From: Kofleriaceae bacterium
Lineage (GTDB): Bacteria; Myxococcota_A; Polyangia; Haliangiales; Haliangiaceae
Assembly (NCBI GenBank): GCA_046597055.1
Contig: JBKJLC010000239.1
Location: 1-33,452 of the forward strand
DNA length: 33,452 nucleotides
Reading direction: 5' to 3'
In this document: positions 28,043-33,452 of the stretch, one piece after another
Numbering within the stretch: the stretch's first letter is position 1
Layout: every line of letters starts with the position of its first letter
Notes under the pieces: model-generated
Told to the model about the DNA's origin: nothing
Database searches by the model: none
Seen by the model: only the letters and a program-made list of their open reading frames with translations
Position numbers and translations under genes: made by a program

Positions 28043-30193
28043 ATGATCCCGGCGCGCGCGTGGCTCGCCCTGGCGCTGGTCGTCGCGCTGGCGCACACCG
28101 CGATCCTCGTCGGAGGCGACACCTTCGCCGACCTGGGATGGCTCGGCGAGATCGCGCCGGCGCGGCACGCTGCCGGTGACGCGATCGCCAGCGGTCGGCT
28201 GCCGGCCTGGTGGGACCACGCGGGCTTCGGCGTGCCCCTGCTCGCGGAGCCACGCCATGGCGCGCTGTACCCGCCGACCTGGCTGGCCGCCGCGGGCGGA
28301 CCGGCGCTCGACCTGATCGCGATCGCGCACCTGTGGCTGCTCGCGGTCGGGGTCGCCGCGCTCGCTCGGCGGCTCGGCGCCGATGCCGCGGCCGCGCTGG
28401 TCGCCGGCGCGTGTGCCGCGCTCGCCGGCGTGACGACCGGATCGCTGGTCGGCGGCGCGCTGTTCGCGGTCGCGTGGACGCCGTGGTGCGCGAGCGCGGC
28501 GCTGGCGATCGCCGCGGCGGCGCCGGGCCCGGCCGGACGCGCGGCGCGGTCACGGGCCGGGCTCGGGCTCGCGCTGGCGACCGCGGCGTGCGCGCTGGCC
28601 GGCGCACCCGAGGTCCTGGCGGCGTCGGTGGTGCTGGTCCCGCTGATCGCGGGCGCGCGCGATCGGGGCGGCGCGGCCGCGGCGTGGGCCGCGGTGAGCG
28701 CGGTCGCCGGCCTCCTGCTCGCGGCGATGCAGCTCGGCCCCGCGCTCCTGCAGGCCGCGTCCGGACATGCCGCCGGCGCCGAACCGCTGGCGCCCGGGCT
28801 GCGGCTGCTCGAGCTGCTCGCGCCCGGGGTGACGCCCCCGCCGACGCACGGCGTGGCCAGCCTGACCGGCGGCGCGGCCGTGATCGCGCTGGCGGCGCTG
28901 GCGCGGACCCGCTGGCTGGTGGTGCCAGCCGCGCTGGTGATCGCGAGCGCGTTCGTGCCCGCGCTGGCCGCGGTGGCGTGGGTGTGGCTGGCCGCCCTCG
29001 GCGGTGTGGGGCTGGGCCGGGTCGCCGCCGCCGACCGCCTCGATCGCCGGACGCTGGTGGTCGCGGCCACGGTGCTCGCCGCGATGGCGACCGCGCTCGC
29101 CGCCGCGGCGCTGGCCCGGTATCCGCTGGCCGCGGCGCTCGATGCCCGCGGACTCGATGGTGCGGCGCTGGTGGAGCGCGGGCTCGCGCGGGGCACGTTC
29201 GCGATCGGCTTCGCGATGGGCGCGGTCGCGCTCGCGCTCGGCGCCGCTCGGCGCGCCGACGGGCGGCTGGCGGCGCTGGCCGGCCTGCTGGTGGTCGCCC
29301 AGGTCGCGCTCGGCGGCCGCGCCGCGGTCGACCGAATGCCGCGACCGAGCCAACCACCGGCGCTGCTGGCGGCGCTGGCCGACCGCGAGCGGCCGGTGCG
29401 CGTGCTGCGCAACGTCGCCGGACCGCCGCACGCGAAGACCGAGCGCCGCGATCGCGGCGGCGACGCGGCGGCCGCGGTGGCCCGCGCAGCGGCCGCCAGC
29501 GCGGCCGCCTGGGGAATCGCCGCGGTGCCCGGCACCGATCCAGCCCGGCAGGCGGCCGAAGATCGACTGCCGGCGGCGACCGCCGCGGTCGCGGCCCGGC
29601 TGATCGATCGGCTGGCCGTGCCGGTGGCGATCGTGCCCCGATCGATCGTGGGCGCGGCCAACGCCCCGGTGCTGGCCGAGCTCGGCGCCGAGGCGCTGCT
29701 CGACACCGGCGCCCGGCGCCCACCCGCCTTCTGGGCCGAGCGCTGGCGCCACCTCGACGACGACGAGGCGCTGCAGGCCCTGGCCCCACCGCCGGGCCAG
29801 TCGGCCGAGCCGCTCGGCGCGGTGATCATCGCCGGCATCGGCGACGACGGCGGCACCGCCGGCGCGCAGCCGCCGCCCCCGCGCGCGTGCGCCCTGCGCC
29901 GACACCATCCCGCGGCGCTGACGCTCACCTGCGACGTCACCGCCGACGGCTACGCCATCGTGCTCGACGCCTGGGCCCCCGGCTGGAGCGCGGTGGTCGA
30001 CGGCCGCCCTCGCGCGGTCGAGCGCGCCGACCTGATCGCGCGCGCGGTGCGCGTGACCGCGGGCGCCCGCACGATCGCGCTGACCTACACCCCGCCGGGC
30101 TGGTGGATGGGCGTGGCGATCTCGGCGCTGACCGCCGTGAACCTGGGGTTGCTCGGGTGGCTGCTGCGCCGGCGCGCGCGCCGCGGCGCGTGA
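28043..30193 (+). CDS. YfhO-like polytopic membrane protein (putative GT-C glycosyltransferase)
   Basis: 'GRLPAWWDHAGFGVPLLAEP..GALYPPTWL'; many TM helices; C-terminal 'DAWAPGWSAVVDG...AVRVTAG..TIALTYTP' + final TM. Confidence 0.8.
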   Translation: MIPARAWLALALVVALAHTAILVGGDTFADLGWLGEIAPARHAAGDAIASGRLPAWWDHAGFGVPLLAEPRHGALYPPTWLAAAGGPALDLIAIAHLWLLAVGVAALARRLGADAAAALVAGACAALAGVTTGSLVGGALFAVAWTPWCASAALAIAAAAPGPAGRAARSRAGLGLALATAACALAGAPEVLAASVVLVPLIAGARDRGGAAAAWAAVSAVAGLLLAAMQLGPALLQAASGHAAGAEPLAPGLRLLELLAPGVTPPPTHGVASLTGGAAVIALAALARTRWLVVPAALVIASAFVPALAAVAWVWLAALGGVGLGRVAAADRLDRRTLVVAATVLAAMATALAAAALARYPLAAALDARGLDGAALVERGLARGTFAIGFAMGAVALALGAARRADGRLAALAGLLVVAQVALGGRAAVDRMPRPSQPPALLAALADRERPVRVLRNVAGPPHAKTERRDRGGDAAAAVARAAAASAAAWGIAAVPGTDPARQAAEDRLPAATAAVAARLIDRLAVPVAIVPRSIVGAANAPVLAELGAEALLDTGARRPPAFWAERWRHLDDDEALQALAPPPGQSAEPLGAVIIAGIGDDGGTAGAQPPPPRACALRRHHPAALTLTCDVTADGYAIVLDAWAPGWSAVVDGRPRAVERADLIARAVRVTAGARTIALTYTPPGWWMGVAISALTAVNLGLLGWLLRRRARRGA

Positions 30194-30206
30194 CGAAACC
30201 GGGGGG

Positions 30207-31054
30207 CTACCCCGGGAAGAGCACGGTGCCGACCGAGCCGGGCTCGGCGAGCTCGCGCTGAAGATCGCCGGGGCCGACCGCGCCGACGATGTGGATCGCG
30301 CCGACCCGGCCGTCGGCGAGGGCCGCGATCGATTCCTCGAGCTTGGGGATCATGCCGCCGGTGACGGTGCCGTCCGCGATCGCGGCCTGAGCCTGGGTGA
30401 CCGTGAGCTGGCGCAGGCGCGAGCTCGGGTCCTTGACGTCGAGGAGGACGCCGGGGGTCGAGGTCACCAGCATCAGCGACGAGGCGTCGAGCGCGCTGGC
30501 GAGCTGGTTGGCCACGACGTCGGCGTTCACGTTGAGGACCTGGCCGTGCTCGTCGGCGGCCAGGCAGGCGAGGACGGGCACGTAGCCGGCGAACGCGAGG
30601 AGCTCGAGCAGCTCGCGGTTGAAGCCGGTGATGTCGCCGACCAGGCCGAAGTCGATCGGGTCGGCGCCGCCGCCGGACACGACCCGGGGCGGGCGACGGA
30701 CGCCGCGGACCGCCGCGCTCGAGGCGCCGTGGAGGCCGACCGGGCGCGCCCCGGCCGCCATGAGCTGGCTGCACAGGTCGACGTTGACCTTGCCGGCGAC
30801 CACCATCTTCATCACGTCGAGCGTGGGCGCGTCGGTGATCCGGCGGCCGCCGACGATGTTGGGCTCGAGGCCGAGCGACTTCTGGAGCGACGTGGCCTGG
30901 GGCCCGCCGCCATGGACGACCAGCACCCGGGCACCGCCGGCGGTGAGCGCGGCGATGTCGCCGGCGACCGCGGCCCCGACCGGGCCACCGACCACCTCGC
31001 CGCCCAGCTTGACGATGATCGGACGCCGCGCGATCAGCGTCGCCGCGCGCCGGG

Positions 31055-31058
<4 letters not shown>
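30207..31058 (-). CDS. argB: Acetylglutamate kinase
   Basis: 'IIVKLGG', 'VVHGGGPQ', 'GRRITD', 'GLVGDI', 'NVNADVVA', 'GGMIPKL'; GTGA-coupled to argC. Confidence 0.92.
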
Positions 31059-32116
<1,058 letters not shown>

Positions 32117-32257
32117 GTGAGGTCGGTTCTACCGCGCTCCGGGCGGGGGGAACAGCATCCAGAGCCACCCGATGGTTGCGCACCCCACCGGCCCGCGACG
32201 CCGGCCCGGTCCGCGCACCCGCTTCGGCTTTCGGACCGCGTGCGGTAGGTTCGCGGG

Positions 32258-33433
<1,176 letters not shown>

Positions 33434-33452
33434 TCGCGGCCGGCCGCATCCT

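Overview
Very GC-rich (visually >70%) bacterial DNA. Gene content points to Myxococcota, probably Kofleriaceae/Haliangiales-like (inference from DUF4157 protein, EVCNGxDDDCDG repeats, many Cys-rich lipoproteins, sigma54-like promoters). About 35 real genes; most other six-frame ORFs are GC shadow frames. Recognisable housekeeping genes are thiC with a clear TPP riboswitch, nadA, argC-argB and a divergent M20 hydrolase. They are interspersed with accessory and envelope genes: a large secreted FN3/beta-helix protein, SRPBCC + renalase-like oxidoreductase, CsgA-like SDR, a truncated DUF4157 (eCIS-type) effector followed by a RelE/ParE TA pair, two tandem paralogous unknown genes downstream of thiC (one doubly frameshifted), a BNR propeller lipoprotein with an inserted FCCH-like module, L,D-transpeptidase, OmpA, DUF2541, EEP, a zincin-trypsin fusion, an XRE-cupin/SDR/QueA-like module, an arrestin/Spo0M-like protein and a YfhO-like membrane protein. 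The best candidate for an undescribed system is a stand-alone RbfA paralogue. It has its own sigma70-type promoter, a strong-RBS 14-codon leader peptide (MRSKLLVDAATVRA, +X+ stalling-type motif), alternative hairpins and a terminator, i.e. a putative ribosome-stalling attenuator. No rRNA, tRNA, CRISPR, integrase or transposase was seen. All family calls are from motif recognition by eye; no searches were run.
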